Part shown: piece by piece, positions 26,057 through 40,437 of the stretch
Layout of the letters: the number at the start of each line of letters is the position of its first letter
Position numbering within the stretch: the stretch's first letter is position 1
Source of the DNA: Octopus sinensis
Lineage: Eukaryota
DNA: 64,000 nt
NCBI RefSeq assembly: GCF_006345805.1
Contig: NC_043016.1
Span: 24,304,001-24,368,000, forward strand
Reading direction: 5' to 3'
Notes under the pieces: model-generated
Told to the model about the DNA's origin: nothing
What the model saw: the letters and a program-made list of their open reading frames with translations, nothing else
Database searches by the model: none
Position numbers and translations under genes: made by a program

Positions 26057-28690
26057 GAAGAATCTGCAACATCAAAATCAAATTCAGTTGTTCAACCCAT
26101 CAACTATGGTCCAACCATGACCATCCCATCTCATTTTCAGATACTATTTGGGACTACATTATTCAATTTTGTCCTTCCTGTTTTCAATATGATACAGTAT
26201 AGAATGATTTGAACAAGGAATTTGGTGGTTATTTCCATCAAGTTGGACAGCTACACAGAAGCTCACATCCTACTCAGGAAAGTGAAGAGTAAAGCTCATG
26301 GCCATCAAAGACAAAACCAGCTTCAACTCCTGTTTGGAGTTACTTCTTCTATGATGCTAGTAAATACTTGTGAGGAATATCAAATGCAACAACTTCCCAA
26401 TTCCTTTTAAAAGGAGGCAGCAAGCTTCGAGCCTGGTTTATAGAGAAATATTAATTTGAGGGACGAATGAAATTTTGTTTCAATTTGTTGAGTAATTAGC
26501 AAAATAAACCCTTTCACATGCCTTTAATATCTAAACAGTTTTAACCGTCTAAATTCGTAAAATATTCATTAATGCTGTGACCACCCCACCCCTCTCTCTG
26601 CCCAGCTTAAATACTTTCAAGATTATAGCTGGCTGAAACTGCTACAAGACTACCAATTACTAAGGCTAGCAGTTCATGGCCAAAACACCTTATTTTCAAG
26701 TGGCCTGGTCCCAGTTTACTTAGCTGTAAATAATAACCACAAGGTAAAAATATTGTAAAATAGACAGGTATATTTTCTCAATACAAGATTAGACCAGCAG
26801 TGGTGCCCCAATAATCCAACAGGTTTACAAATCTCTGTATAATTCATAGTTTTGCTTTCTCTTTTATTTAATGATACAATAAGTATCAAGTTAGTGTAAA
26901 ACCAAGTTTTATAATTTTTTAGTATTTTTTTTATTATTTTTCCTTAGGCATCATGTTCTTTATTAAATCTCAAAAAAAGAAATTCTCAATACATATAGAA
27001 AATAATAATTCAAGATATAATTACAATTATTTTTTTTTTATTTTTTGTTACCTTTGAGTTGTTTCCTTGTAAGATAATCTTTCTAATGTAAATATAAAAC
27101 ATTCTAGAATTAATTGTAAAGCTTCATTAAAATAGCTGTACAATAGTGGAATATATTAGAATGGAATGTTCTAGATAAAAATAAAACGGTATAATTAAAA
27201 AAAAACATAGGGACTAGTAATAAAATATAGAAAATTGTCCATAAATAATAGCTAATTAATTACTCAGGTGTTTAGCAATATTGTTATTGTAATGCTGAAG
27301 TTAGCCTTACTACTCAGTCAAACAATTAGCAAATGTTTCATTGGCTAACAACACTGACTTCTACTTAATGACTATGGTACTCTTTTGCAAAACTGTTGGG
27401 CTAACATAAAACCCATGCTTATAAAGAACACAGCTGTTGCTGAATTCAACACATTAAATGATATGTCTAGTTAGAGAGAATCTTACAAAGTTCTCAAGTT
27501 TAAAAATAAAATTATCATTATTATTATTGTTGTCATAGTGGTGGTGAACTGGCAGAATCGTTACAACATAAAGAACCGGAAGAAATGCTGCCTAGCGTTT
27601 TGGCGGATACACTGAGTTTAACTTTGCTTTTAATCTTTTCTGGAACTGATAAAATAAAGTACAAGTACTGGGGAGGTCAATGTGATTGACTAACCCACTT
27701 TTCCCCCTAAAAATCACTGGCCTTCTGCCAATTATAAAAAAAAATATATTATTTATAAAACAAAGACCCATGTGATAACCCACAAAGCTTGATATGACTG
27801 AAATATCAGATTATATATGTATAATCTACAAATCTCTATGAGCTTTCTTAGGACGCTACTGTCTGCATTATATAGAATAGTTTCTAGTTCTTTATGCTTT
27901 GGTTTCAAACCTTGCAAAGGTCAACTTTGCCTTTCATCACTCCAGGGGAAGAAGAGGTGGGGGGCGTCGTCATCAATAAAATAGAACACCAGTCGAGTTC
28001 TGAGATCAAAGTATCAACTTAACACCTTTACTCAAAATTGCTGGTCTTGTACCTATTGTAGAAAGTTACACAACAAAGTTTGTTGCTTCAAATCGTAACA
28101 GCTTCGTTTATCTAAAGACAACTGAATTAGTTCTATCAAATAGATGATATTTTCTCTGAAAATATGCATTTCATCAACAGGAAACAAAATCTTCATTATT
28201 CACTAAAATTTATATATGACTAAACGCACAATTAATATGCACTGTTACAAATCAAAAATGGATTAAGTTTTAAGACCTTACTAAACATTATTTGAAATGC
28301 ATTATATTAAGGTCAAAACTGCCCTAATAACATTCCTGCTACCACAGACAACTGGTGGCAAAGAGTACCTTTGGAGGAACTGTGCAGACTGAAACAACTA
28401 GTACCATACATCTGCCATACAACAGTACCATACAACATCTGCCTCATGGCACCCAACTGACCTGCTCTCAACATATACTTTAATAGATATTTGTTTTATT
28501 TCTATCTAATGCAAATTCTACAGCACAGTACTTCATTCAGTCTGAGTTATAAATGAAAAAATAGATGTGCAGAGAAATTAGACGAGCAAATGAGGGCAGT
28601 GGTGGTCTTTAGTAGCAATAATAGCGGTGACCATATGTGGATTGTCTCTCAGCATAAAATTAGAAATAGATGAAACTAAGCATTCAAAGA

Positions 28691-28726
<36 letters not shown>

Positions 28727-30048
28727 AAAAAAATATTTTTAAGTAAAAAAAATAAATTCTCTCAACTCTAGAAGTTTATGCAAGCAGTTGATTAAGCAGA
28801 GGTGGGTGGGGTATAATGCTTAACAAATTATGTAGTTAAGTCAGTATTACACAATGATAAAACAAATGAATGGAAATGAAATAGAAAAACAATTATGCTT
28901 TCATTAAATTAATGTTTTTGTAAGTTTTGGGTTCATTCTATGAAGATGTATAAATATGGTGATAGGAACTGAAATGAAGCAGCTATATGAAACCAAAAAA
29001 AAAAAAATAAATAAAACTAAAACACAATCAAATATATTGTTACATAATGATGGCAAAAAGAATGGAGGTTTGAGACGAGTAATATCTGCCAATATATTAA
29101 CATTATCAGCTATCAGGTGACATAAAAATTTCTTCTAGAATGGGATGTAGTCCTAGATCTTGTCAACAAAATAATTCTCTCAAAGCCTAACAGTGAAAGT
29201 TTAAAAAAAAAAAAAGTTATGAAATAGTTGCAGGCACATAAAAAAAAAGAACAATTTCTAAAATTTAATATTAGATCAATTATGTAAGTAAATATAAATG
29301 ACAGGATAAGCCAAAACCGAATTGCTTTCGATTTTTTTTTTTATCCTCGTTGGGGTTTTTTTTGTATCAAGGGAGGTAACCATGCATATCCAACATCAGC
29401 TTCACAATCATACATTGCACTTGAAATTTACATATAAAATGTATCTTAATAATACTGAAACATCAAGTTATAGATTTTATATTCAAAACTTTTATTAGCT
29501 ATCAAATTCATTTTTTTTTTAATGTAATATCCTTTTCAGTTAGCATGCCACATATAGCAGCAAAGCTAAGCTAAATACAGCTTTAAAAAAGCAAAAACCA
29601 TAATAATTCCATATTCATCCAAATCTGTGTTAGAAACATAAAATGAATAGCTTTTTCTTTTTAATTCCACCTAAGATCGGGAGGTCTGTGTTTCTCTGTC
29701 TTTGCTTTTGTTTTTGGTAGGATGTAAAATACTAGGTATGAAGTTAAACATTTTTTTTTATTTTTAAATTAAATTATTTAAAATATACATTCATAAACAA
29801 GTACAAATCTGTTAAATTAATTTAAAATAGAAATAAATCTGAAATGAAAGTTACAACAAAAAAAAATAATTTTCCCTGAAAAATAAAATTAAATGTAAAA
29901 AAAAAATTCCTTTTAAATCATTCCGTCTATTCATTTTTTTTTTATTTTTTAAAAGTTTATTGTTTCTGAAAAAATTTGCAAAGTGTTTGTTAATCCATTC
30001 TTACTAAACAGAAATAATACATTTATATGAAATATAGTTACATAAAGC

Positions 30049-30085
<37 letters not shown>

Positions 30086-31309
30086 GAAGTTACACAGCCA
30101 AATTATATCCATTCTTATCTACCCAAACAGTCATAAAGAAATATTTTATGTACATTATTTATAGTCAAACACACGAGAAGTGAAATGCCCCTGTACTACA
30201 AACTAATTAAAATAGATATGTATAACTGCAGTAAAATGTCTGTAGATGAAGTTTTTACTTAACAAAATCAAGAAGGAAAAAAAAGGAGGGGGACAAGGAG
30301 AGTGGAGAGGAGTAAAGTTTTTAACTAAAACATGACAAGATTAAATCAAACATTAGAGACCGCCTTAAATTTCCACAAAAACTACAAGACAAAATTAGCT
30401 GGTAAATATGGTAATATTCCATTCTGGAGAAGCTGCCTGTGAAAGAATTACTAAGATAGAAGATCAAACCACTTATTCATGGCTGAAAGTGGTGGTGAAG
30501 ACCATTTCTGTCTAACACCGGCACTACCAGCAAGCAATCATATCAACAGTAAAATGAGGTAGAATCGATGTGTTCTAAATAAACAACTTATTGCTGTTAA
30601 TTATATCTTAATTTCTATTTCTTGTGCAACAAATATCTAAAACCTCATTTAGCAAAAAAAAAAAAAAAATGTAAACATGCAAAAATTCTATAACAAAAAA
30701 GATTGATGTCAGACATTTCTAGTTTAAGGAATAAAACAACAGACCAAACTGAATGTTGATGAAATATGTCAAATTTCATAAAGGACTTGTAATCTTTGAT
30801 TTAAGCTATTTAGCTAAGAGCTCAGTCTCTGTACAAAGATATCCCCAAACAGTACAAGCCTTGAGTAATAAGTTTACCAAAATCAAGAGCAGCAGTACTA
30901 AAAACCAAATATAAACATTTGGATAGCAAATGAATTTTTTTAAATGTAAATTGCTAACAGTTTGTAATGAATAGAAAAATATGATGTAACCTATATTGAC
31001 CAGCAATAAGATTTGGGGGGTTTTGTTTTCAACAAACCATATTAGTTTTTTTTACTTCCAAATTTAAATGAACTTACTGATAAATAAAAATTTATCTAAG
31101 AATATTGAAATAACATTTTGTTTGCCCAAATATAGTTCTAAATACACATTTTCAGCTGCACTTAATAACACAAATTAACTTTTTTCTTTTTTACACTCCC
31201 ATACAGAAGTATATTTTTTAATTCTTTGACTATTTCACTTTCCTTCATTTGAATTTAAATTTTTATAGGGTCATTAATTAATCTTTATGAAATTTCAAAA
31301 ACTATACAT

Positions 31310-31341
<32 letters not shown>

Positions 31342-31461
31342 CATATAGTCTTCTTTAAGAAAATCATATTTTTTCAAAAACTGGTTTCAATGTAAAAATT
31401 GCAAATCAGAAGCTGTTAGAAATTTGAACAGTAATTGTAATAATAAAATTTTTTTATTTTT

Positions 31462-31510
31462 TTATTTTATAAATCTTATTGGATCTCCTAAAAACACAAA
31501 GTATCGCAAT
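31462..31510 (-). CDS. Candidate alternative terminal exon, (R)LRYFVFLGDPIRFIK* if phase 2
   Basis: Strong acceptor tttttctctttcag|A; followed by about 5 kb of nearly TE-free UTR-like sequence. Frame is inferred. Confidence 0.35.
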
Positions 31511-31793
31511 CTGAAAGAGAAAAACACTGATCGGTTTCAGCTATTTCTATTCTCTAATTCACAGCACCTGCATTAACTTATATTAAAAGCTAAAGATATC
31601 GCTTAGTCTTCCAGTCTGGTAAATAATATTTTTTTAACCTGCTGAATGTTCACTTAGGAAATGAAATAGATATAAAAAGAAACCCGCTACCAGCCTTTGC
31701 ACTGAATTCTCAGTATATGCCATCAGTGCCATTTTAACTTCTTAACTAACCCTTTACTTCAGACATGTAACTATCCTCTATTCTAACAATACC

Positions 31794-32022
31794 TGTTTCT
31801 TTATTACCCACAAGGGACTAAACATAGAGGGGACAAACATGGATTTATAAGTATTAAGTCGATTATATCGAACCCAGTGCTTAACTGGTACTTAATTTAT
31901 CAACCCCGAAAGGATGAAAGGCAAAGCCGACCTCGGCGGAATTTGAACTCACAACGTAACGGCAGCCGAAATACCGCTAAGCATTTCGCCCGACGTGCTA
32001 ATGATTCTGCTAGCTCGCCGCC
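31794..32022 (-). mobile_element. Full-length SINE with target-site duplication
   Basis: CCTCTATTCTAACAATACC at 31775-31793 and 32021-32039 flanks a copy of the 1104-1330 family. Confidence 0.9.
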
Positions 32023-34176
32023 TCTATTCTAACAATACCATATGTCTTTTAAAAAAAAAGGGAGTCTTTGATATTGAAATATTAAAGCTAATTTTGTCGT
32101 TTAAAACAGAGGTAAGGGAATTTCAACCCAAGCTACATCTCACTCTTCAATTTTCCATCCCTGAAGTCCTCAAGTTTCAATATTTTTAAAACTGATAAAA
32201 TTGGCATTGTCATAAAGCAAAATGCAACCCTTATCTATGAATCAATAGCAAACAGAACATATATATACCATCATCATCTAAATGTCCATTTTCCATGCTG
32301 GCATGGATTGGATAGTTCAGCAGGAACTGGTAAGTCAGAAAACTTCAAATTTGCTCTCTGTTGTAACATGGTTTTATGGCTGGATTCCCTTCCTGATGCC
32401 AACCACTTCACAGAATGTACTGAGTGCTTTTTACATGGCACCAGCAGCAGTGAGGTATATGTATATAATTTGAGGTTGAAATACAATTTGAATCAAATTA
32501 AAAAGGAAATTATTTGAATTTTAAGAAATAAAAGAATTACTAAATGGTTTTAATTTCTACAATTCGCATTAATACCAATACCTCCTAACCGATTATTTTG
32601 TTAATGATGTGTTTCATCAATTTGGAAATTCAAATGGTTCCAAATTTCCAGATGCTGGTTATGGCAGTGCTAAAACCAAACTTAACATTTTCCAACAACT
32701 CCAAAGTTTTAAAATACTTTATGGCTTTGAACAAATGAAACTGATGTATAACTCCATTAAAACTCCACAAATCAAACTTTAAAAACGTATATATTATCAA
32801 TTTTCTAAGTTTAATTAACTAATAATCCTTCTGAAGATATCTTAGCTAGTTATATATGTATGCCCCCTGCCCACTATACACATATTTTAAAACATCATGT
32901 ATTGTTTGTCTTCCATACTGGTATGGGTTGGACAATTCAACAAGATCTGTTAAACCGGATGACTACATCAAGCTTTATCATCATACACACGCGTATGAAT
33001 AAAAATACAATGCATATATGACTATGGTTATACATATATATCAATATGATTTACGGCCATATCAGTGTTATGGCCATAACACTGGTTCTTGTTTGATCAC
33101 TGAAAATAGGCAACATCAAGCCTAGCTTGATGGGTGATCATTTGGGAGACATAGGAAAAAACCTGTAAGAAAGGCCATTATTTTTAGGTGCAGAAGTGAC
33201 TGTATGGTAAAAAGTTTGTTTCCCAAACATGATTTTGGGTTCAGTCTTCCACTACAGCTCTAGACCAACAACAGCTTTGTAAGTGGATTTGGTAGATGGA
33301 AAGCAAAAGAAGTCCATTGGGTGTGCAAATCCGTATGTTACTGTCTCCTTGCTTATTCATTTTATGATAGTTGTAAGCAAGTATCACCATCATGCAAGTG
33401 GTATCCTTTGTTTCCAATCTTCCATGAAAACATGTCTGGTCTTGAGGAAATATTACCTTACTTGAAAACGGGTGAGAATAGGCAATGTGAATGGCATCCA
33501 GCTGTAGAAAATTCTGTCCAACCCATGCAAGTACAGAAAAGTAGCCTGGTTTATTTTACACTATACAAAGAACATAAATTAAAACAATAAAGGTTATTTG
33601 CCACCTATCAAAAAAAGAAAAAAGATAGATAGGTTAAGGAGGGAGAAGAAAAAAATAATTTTCCTGAACATTTAAACAAAATATAATATCTACACTAATA
33701 CTTTTAAAGACAAGGGAATATCAAAAGATTCCAAAGTATGATTTGACAACTTTATTTCTCAGTTTGACATAGTTCCTGTGATAACAGCTTGTCATAAACA
33801 TGATGTAGCACATTCTCAATTGTTTACAGCAAACAAACATCACTCCAATGATGTAGATTTGAATTAAAAAAATGTATTGTACTGCATTATGAGATGCTGC
33901 ACAGGGAAAGAAGAGAAAATTGGACTATAGACAGAAAGGCCTAATAATGTAAAGTTTTTTTTTTTTAACCTTTTCAACGAGAATCATGCACCAATAGTAA
34001 ACACTCATACAAGCTTGCATTTTCAGCTGTCCAGAATGTAAATGTGATTCCAGACTTCATGGCTTCGGATATAAATTCGGGAAGAAGCCACAAATGTCAT
34101 TACATACATAGATACAAATACACACATGAATATGCACACACATGCCATCATCTAACCACATGTACCATATATACAT

Positions 34177-34214
<38 letters not shown>

Positions 34215-36319
34215 AACACACACACACTCTATGGAAGTTTCCTTCATGAAACAGGTATAAGATATTCCTTACCCTGTGAAATACCAATTTCATGAAAGCA
34301 AGAAAGATGAAGACAATGAGCATAAGAGAGAGAGAAAAAAAAAAAAAGGAAATTTACGTGAATGAAGGTCTAGTCAAAAATTTATCACAATCACATTTTT
34401 ATTTCTAAAAATTAAGCTTAATCACTTTTCCCCTTTGTACAAAATAGTTTTCACTTTATTATTATATTATTATTATTATTATTATTATTACTACTACTTT
34501 TCACAAATCTTACTTTAAAATTGAAAGATTTCTATAAATAGGTAAAAAGTTACACTGAACTAGACAAGCAGAAAATGATTTAAAATTAAAATTATAAACC
34601 TGCATTGACCCGCCCAAGAATTTGTTTCCATTTTTAAAAAGAGAGAGAGAGAGAGGAAAAGACAATTTAGAGGTTGTTTTAGCCCCATATAATAAAATTA
34701 AGCACACCACTGACCAAAATGTTTTCATTTTCAGACAAAGGACCAAATGTGACCTTTGTATTTTTTCTACATGTAGTTTGAGAGCGATTTAGCTGTGATT
34801 TTAGCAGAAGTAGCATAAGCTCATAAAAAAAAATCATCATTGCTTACTATAAATGCTTTTATTGTTATTCAAATATTCCTATATAAATAAAACAAAGTAA
34901 GTAATAACTAAAATAATTCAAATCTAAATGGAGATCTTATCGTCCTAAAACAATTAAGTTCAAATGAATAATAAAACACACTTTATCTATTAAAAGCCAA
35001 TTTCATCCTGAACTACTAATGGATTTAACTTAAATTTCTTTATAATATAATTATAAATAGAAACTTCAGATTAATTTTACCATTCCCTGCTTCTGTAAAC
35101 CTCTTCCAAATTCAATCAAAATTTTAGGTTTTGTTGGAGTCTTATTATTTTTTTAAATTGTTTTTAATTTGAGTTTCAGGCCCTTCTTACCCCTTTCTCC
35201 ACATCCCTGCCCCTAAATTTCATTTTATTTTCCCCACAAGAAAACTTCATGCCAACATCCTGATGAATATCTAGAGGAATGGAGGGATGCTTTAGCTTTG
35301 AATCAATAAATAAACTACCATCTGTGTGTGTGTGTATACACACACACACACAGGCATACACACATACATACACATACATACATTTTCCTTTTCTCAGTTT
35401 ACACCAATACTACTCTTACTAATTCCAGCCAATAACCATTGACCACTCTGGCTGGGACAGTATTACACACACACCAAGTATGGGAAGAGACTGGAGATTG
35501 TCACAGAAATCAAACAAGAAAATAACATACACATCAGTTCTCTAACTCAAAATGCTGAATGAAATTTTAAGACAAAAAAAAATGAAATTAACAAAAATAA
35601 TTTGAGATGAAGTGTTGTTGTTATTAATGATAGCGATGATGATGATGATAATAGTGATGATGATGGTAGCAATGATGAGGATGAATGTTATATCAGTATC
35701 AAAGAGATAGGAACGTTTAAAAACTAACGATATATTCAAGAATGACAGTAATGAATGATACTATGTTCTGGAAATTACTGCTGCATAGTTATAGTTAGTG
35801 TGTGCTTGAGAGAGAAAGGGTGTGTGTGTGTGTGTATGTGTGTGAAAGAAGGGATGCAAAAGAAAGCTCATATATGTGTGTGTGTGTGTAATATATTAAC
35901 TCTTACAAACCAATTATTCCATGTCAAAAATAAAACATTTTTTTTTAAATGAAATTGAACCATGTGAGAATATTGCCATAACAATAACACTGAAGAAAAA
36001 ATTTTTTCGTTTAAACTAAAGAAAATGAAATCAACTTTCCTTTTATAATTTATCTCAAAAAAAAAAAAAAAACAGCTAAGCCAGTTTATTACATATTAAG
36101 CATGTGTTACAACATATTGTATGTTAATGCAGACACATTAAACATTTAAACTGCATAGAGATTTTTTTTTCTCCAATTATCTGTTAACGGCAAAACATGA
36201 CAAATTTTTTTTTTTTAATTTTAATAGAGTAACATGTTATCCACATTTTAAACGTACAATATTTTGTTATTGATCTAACATCCATTTGTCCATGCTTACA
36301 TGGGTTGGACGGATATGTA

Positions 36320-36358
<39 letters not shown>

Positions 36359-36790
36359 GTCTGTGTGTGTGTGTGGGTATTATATATATGAGAGAGAGAA
36401 TTATTATTTGACTGCATGCATTCCAGTTCTTATATATTTCATATGACTTGTATCTCAGGTATTTTATATCCCAAATAATATCAAAGAAAACTCTTTTTCT
36501 TTTATTTTAATTTGAGAAAAATCCCAGAATATAAACTTAGTAATATTTGTTAAGTCTACTATTATACTATAATAAAGATTGTTTATCAAGAACTTTCCAG
36601 ATCTAACTAGATCAAATAAATGGGTTCCTCAGAGCAATGGCTGAATAGTTAAGTTTGCTTCACAGCAAAGTGGATTTGGGTTCAAACCCACTGCAGAGGC
36701 ACCTAGGGCAAGTATTTTCTACTAAAGCCTCAGATCAACCAATACCTTGTGAGTGGAATTTTGTAGACGGAAACTGTACAAAAGTTCCTC

Positions 36791-36950
36791 TCAGGGAACA
36801 TTCCCGGTCATGGGTGATTGACTTAATCCATTGCCAAGTTTAATACCACCAACAGCTGGCCTTTGGGTGCGTTTAGCAGAGTCTACTGCCACAAGATTCA
36901 AGGCTGGTTTCCAGTTTGAGGATAACTTCCTCTCACTTATGTCAGAGAAC
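36791..36950 (-). CDS. Candidate alternative terminal exon, (R)FSDISERKLSSNWKPALNLVAVDSAKRTQRPAVGGIKLGNGLSQSPMTGNVP*
   Basis: gttgatcatttcag|G acceptor; only phase 2 is open (52 codons, the other two frames stop within 4 codons); GC-rich island in AT-rich flanks. Confidence 0.55.
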
Positions 36951-37574
36951 CTGAAATGATCAACAAACCAACTGTGGCGTAATCGGACCATTTACCGAGC
37001 AAGAACTAAGTGGGCCTGTTTCTCACTTAAATATTGGTGCTTATCATTTAGTTTTAAAAAATCTAACCAGATAACTGATAATGTGACTTATTTCTGGTAT
37101 CTATTTAGTTTTTATTTTAATAAATATACTCAAACAAATTAACAACCGATTCCATTTTTATTCTTCATAAACATTTTACCTGGGAAGAGATTATACCTCA
37201 AACTTTCTGCTAATAAAACTAAAATTGAACAAAAAATATTACTAGATGAGTAAACCCTTTACATGAATTTCAAATGATTTTGTATGGATACTATGAATAA
37301 AAGATTAATTCAATCTATGATGATACATAGATATATATAGCTTAAACTATACTTTAATATTACAAAGTAATATACTACAATAATAAACACTTTTAAGAAC
37401 TCAACAGTGAATATATTAAAACACATCAGTCAATATATTTTGCTTGCTATTTCTCCATAATGGGCAGTATGTCTTATTAACAAAGAAATTTATTTCAATT
37501 AGGGTAAAATAGTATCCCATAAACATAGAAATAATTACTTTGTAACATTAAAAAGAAACCTGTATGTATGGGAG

Positions 37575-37652
<78 letters not shown>

Positions 37653-38306
37653 ATATTATATACACACACACATACATACATCAAAAGAAACAAAGAACTA
37701 TACAGAATTATGCAGTCTTATTTATGGATTACGAAATCTGTCACCAGTTACCAAAATTACTGAAATGTGGAATCTATGAAACTGTAACTGATATTTTACT
37801 AATTCTGAAATAGTTCAATAAGAGCAGTGGAAATTTTCTCAGCAGAGAAAACTTCTAAACTTACAAATGAAATAATAAAATTCCACAATTGGTGTGCTGT
37901 CAACCATTGTGATTTGCAATGGATTTAGGGAGATGAAATAGATTAAAAAAAAAAAATTTTTTTATAACTGTTTGAAGTTGCTGAAGTTTGGTCAGATTAT
38001 TGGCAACATTTGGTCCAGTGTACAACAATTGTAGCAAATAGGCACAGTCACATGTATTGTATATAACCTAAAAGTACGAAGCCTGAATTTGTAAGAGAAA
38101 AGCACTCTTCCCCCCACATCTGGAGGTGTTGAAAGGTAGTAGGAACTCTTGGAAGTAAAATGCTTTGGACAAGTGGGCTAACTGGTTATACATTACACAA
38201 AAGCATCCAAGGTATAAGTTCAGGTTGAATTCTAGCAGCACCAATGGATCTTTTGGGCTTTAAACCAACCCACATGTTTGTGGTGAACCATAATAATAAT
38301 AATAAC

Positions 38307-38345
<39 letters not shown>

Positions 38346-39247
38346 CTAAACTATGTGTGTGTGTGTGTGTATGTGTGTGTGTGTGAGTGAGTGTGTGTGT
38401 ACAGAAAATTTATTTTTATCTAATAAGACATGCAGTTCTAACAGACCCAAAACAATTTCACCTTCAGATGTACATAGGAAAAGCATATGGTTAAAATGTG
38501 TCATAATGCTTTGATGATGTTTTTCTTTTTTTTTCCCCCAATATTCATCAATTCCTTTTAAAGGAAATTTTAATTTTCTTTTAATGTAAACACATTCCTT
38601 ATCTATTCAAAGAATATTTTCCACAGATGACATATTAAATTTCTAAATCTTAATAAAAAAAAAAAAATTAATGAAAATAATTTATAAGAATGATTAATAA
38701 CTTTGTACAGAAAAAACTCCTAAATCTGAACTTTTTTATGATTTTTTTTTTACCTTTTCTTTTTTTTTTTCTTTTTTCTGAACTTTTTGGAGGAAACCCA
38801 AAAGTAAAATACTAAGCTTGTGCCTTCTAAAGTTTAAAATGTGGTAGATTAAGGCCAATAGACATGTTTCACTGAGCTATATGAGAGGGGTGGAGAAGGG
38901 AAAAATCTTTTTTTTTTTTTTAACCATGTTAAAAAAAAAAAACAGTCAAACTAGCCAATTTGAAACCATGCACAAGTGTCTTGTTGAACAATTCCTGTCT
39001 GTGTGACAGACATCTTCAAAATAATACACTCATAAATTAAATTTTCATGTTTAGGACTTAAGAAGTAATGTTGAACCCAACTCTACCCTTAAGCTGCAAT
39101 CTGTATTGGCTAAGCCACTTACTTGTGAAGTACCGAGTAAGTAACAAGCATGCACCACACAGATCAGCAATATACAATACATGTGACAAGAGGAAGTACC
39201 GTTGTCTAACTAGTCTTGAACTACTTCCCATATGCAGATGTAAGCAG

Positions 39248-39394
39248 TCAATTAGCAGCTTGTTGCTCAGTTGCTGAACACAGAAATTCTTCAGGTCGCT
39301 TGTGAGTTTCCAAAGCTTTTAATGTTGTCATATCGTGTGGTAATTCTGATTTTCTTCGTAGAAGCGGTTTTTCTTTACCTTTTCTTTTTTGTAG
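39248..39394 (-). CDS. PPP2R5D: Terminal coding exon of PP2A B56 (B') regulatory subunit, gamma/delta class
   Basis: Acceptor tttatttctcttttag|CTA, phase 0; [48 protein letters not shown] aligns with the vertebrate PPP2R5D/PPP2R5C last exon as I recall it ([28 protein letters not shown]). Probably the single invertebrate co-ortholog of C and D. Confidence 0.88.
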   Translation of the reverse strand, partial: LQKRKGKEKPLLRRKSELPHDMTTLKALETHKRPEEFLCSATEQQAAN

Positions 39395-39868
39395 CTAAAA
39401 GAGAAATAAATTGTTATTGTAACACATAACATACACCAAACATATTTAAAAATACAATAACTTTCATAGTTTTTTTTTTTTCTTTTCTTGTTTTCACTGA
39501 TTTCAACATACATGAATGTCTTTTTGCAAAAAAATGTTGTTTCCTAATTTCTTAAAAGAAAAACTCGCTTTGATAATCTATATATATAACGATGAGAATG
39601 TGTGTCTGTCTGTGAATCCCTAAAACTTGAGAACTACACAACCAATTTCATTCAAATTTTACACATGCCTTACTTAGGGTCCATGTAGTGTCATAGGCCA
39701 AAAAAAATTTTTAACTTCTTGCCTAGTGTGAGACCACAGCAATATCATATTTTCTCCTCTATTTCAGTATTACATGTCAAAAGTGAAACAATAACATGTC
39801 TCTATTATAATGTCAGATACTTTCACTTTAATACTGAAACTATTATCTCACATATATATAGGCATACA

Positions 39869-39924
<56 letters not shown>

Positions 39925-40005
39925 CATACATACATATTCGGCATAAACACTCTACCGCTACTACTAATAACCGCTGGGAATCCTTTCAGGCCTGCCTTAC
40001 ATTCG

Positions 40006-40437
40006 AACCGGAATCTCAAAAACATTGTCCCCTTACATCTCATTCTCATTTCATTCCCACGATAGGCAAATAAAACTTACTTCTTACAACGAGACAATGC
40101 AACATCGTAACAGACATTAACCAGATGCTACCTTCTCCAGTGAAATATATTGTCATCCACTTCACCTCTAAACTTCCTAGCGTACCGAGGCTTCAAACGA
40201 CCCCACATGACTATAGCACCACTGAACCGCAATCTCTAAAACACTGTCCCCTTACATCTCATTTTCATTTTATTCCCAACACAGGGAAATAAAACTTACT
40301 TCTCATTACAGGACAATGGAAGATGGTAACAGATATTTACCACATGCTACCTTATCAAGTGAAGTATATTGTCATCCGCTTCACCTCTAACCTTCTTAGC
40401 GTATGGAGAATTCAAACAACCCCCACACCACTATACC
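40006..40437 (+). repeat. Tandem dimer of about 218 bp in the Helitron leader
   Basis: gaaccggaatctcaaaaacattgtcccc at 40006 recurs as gaaccgcaatctctaaaacactgtcccc at about 40224, with colinear similarity throughout. Confidence 0.8.

Noticed and set aside
30520-30574. Possible terminal exon NTSILPHFTVDMIACW*
   Set aside because: Weak pyrimidine tract, no recognised homology, lies inside the putative long UTR.
35425-35500. Possible internal exon SSHTWCVCNTVPARVVNGYWLEL with gtaag donor
   Set aside because: No B56 similarity and phase incompatible with neighbouring candidates.
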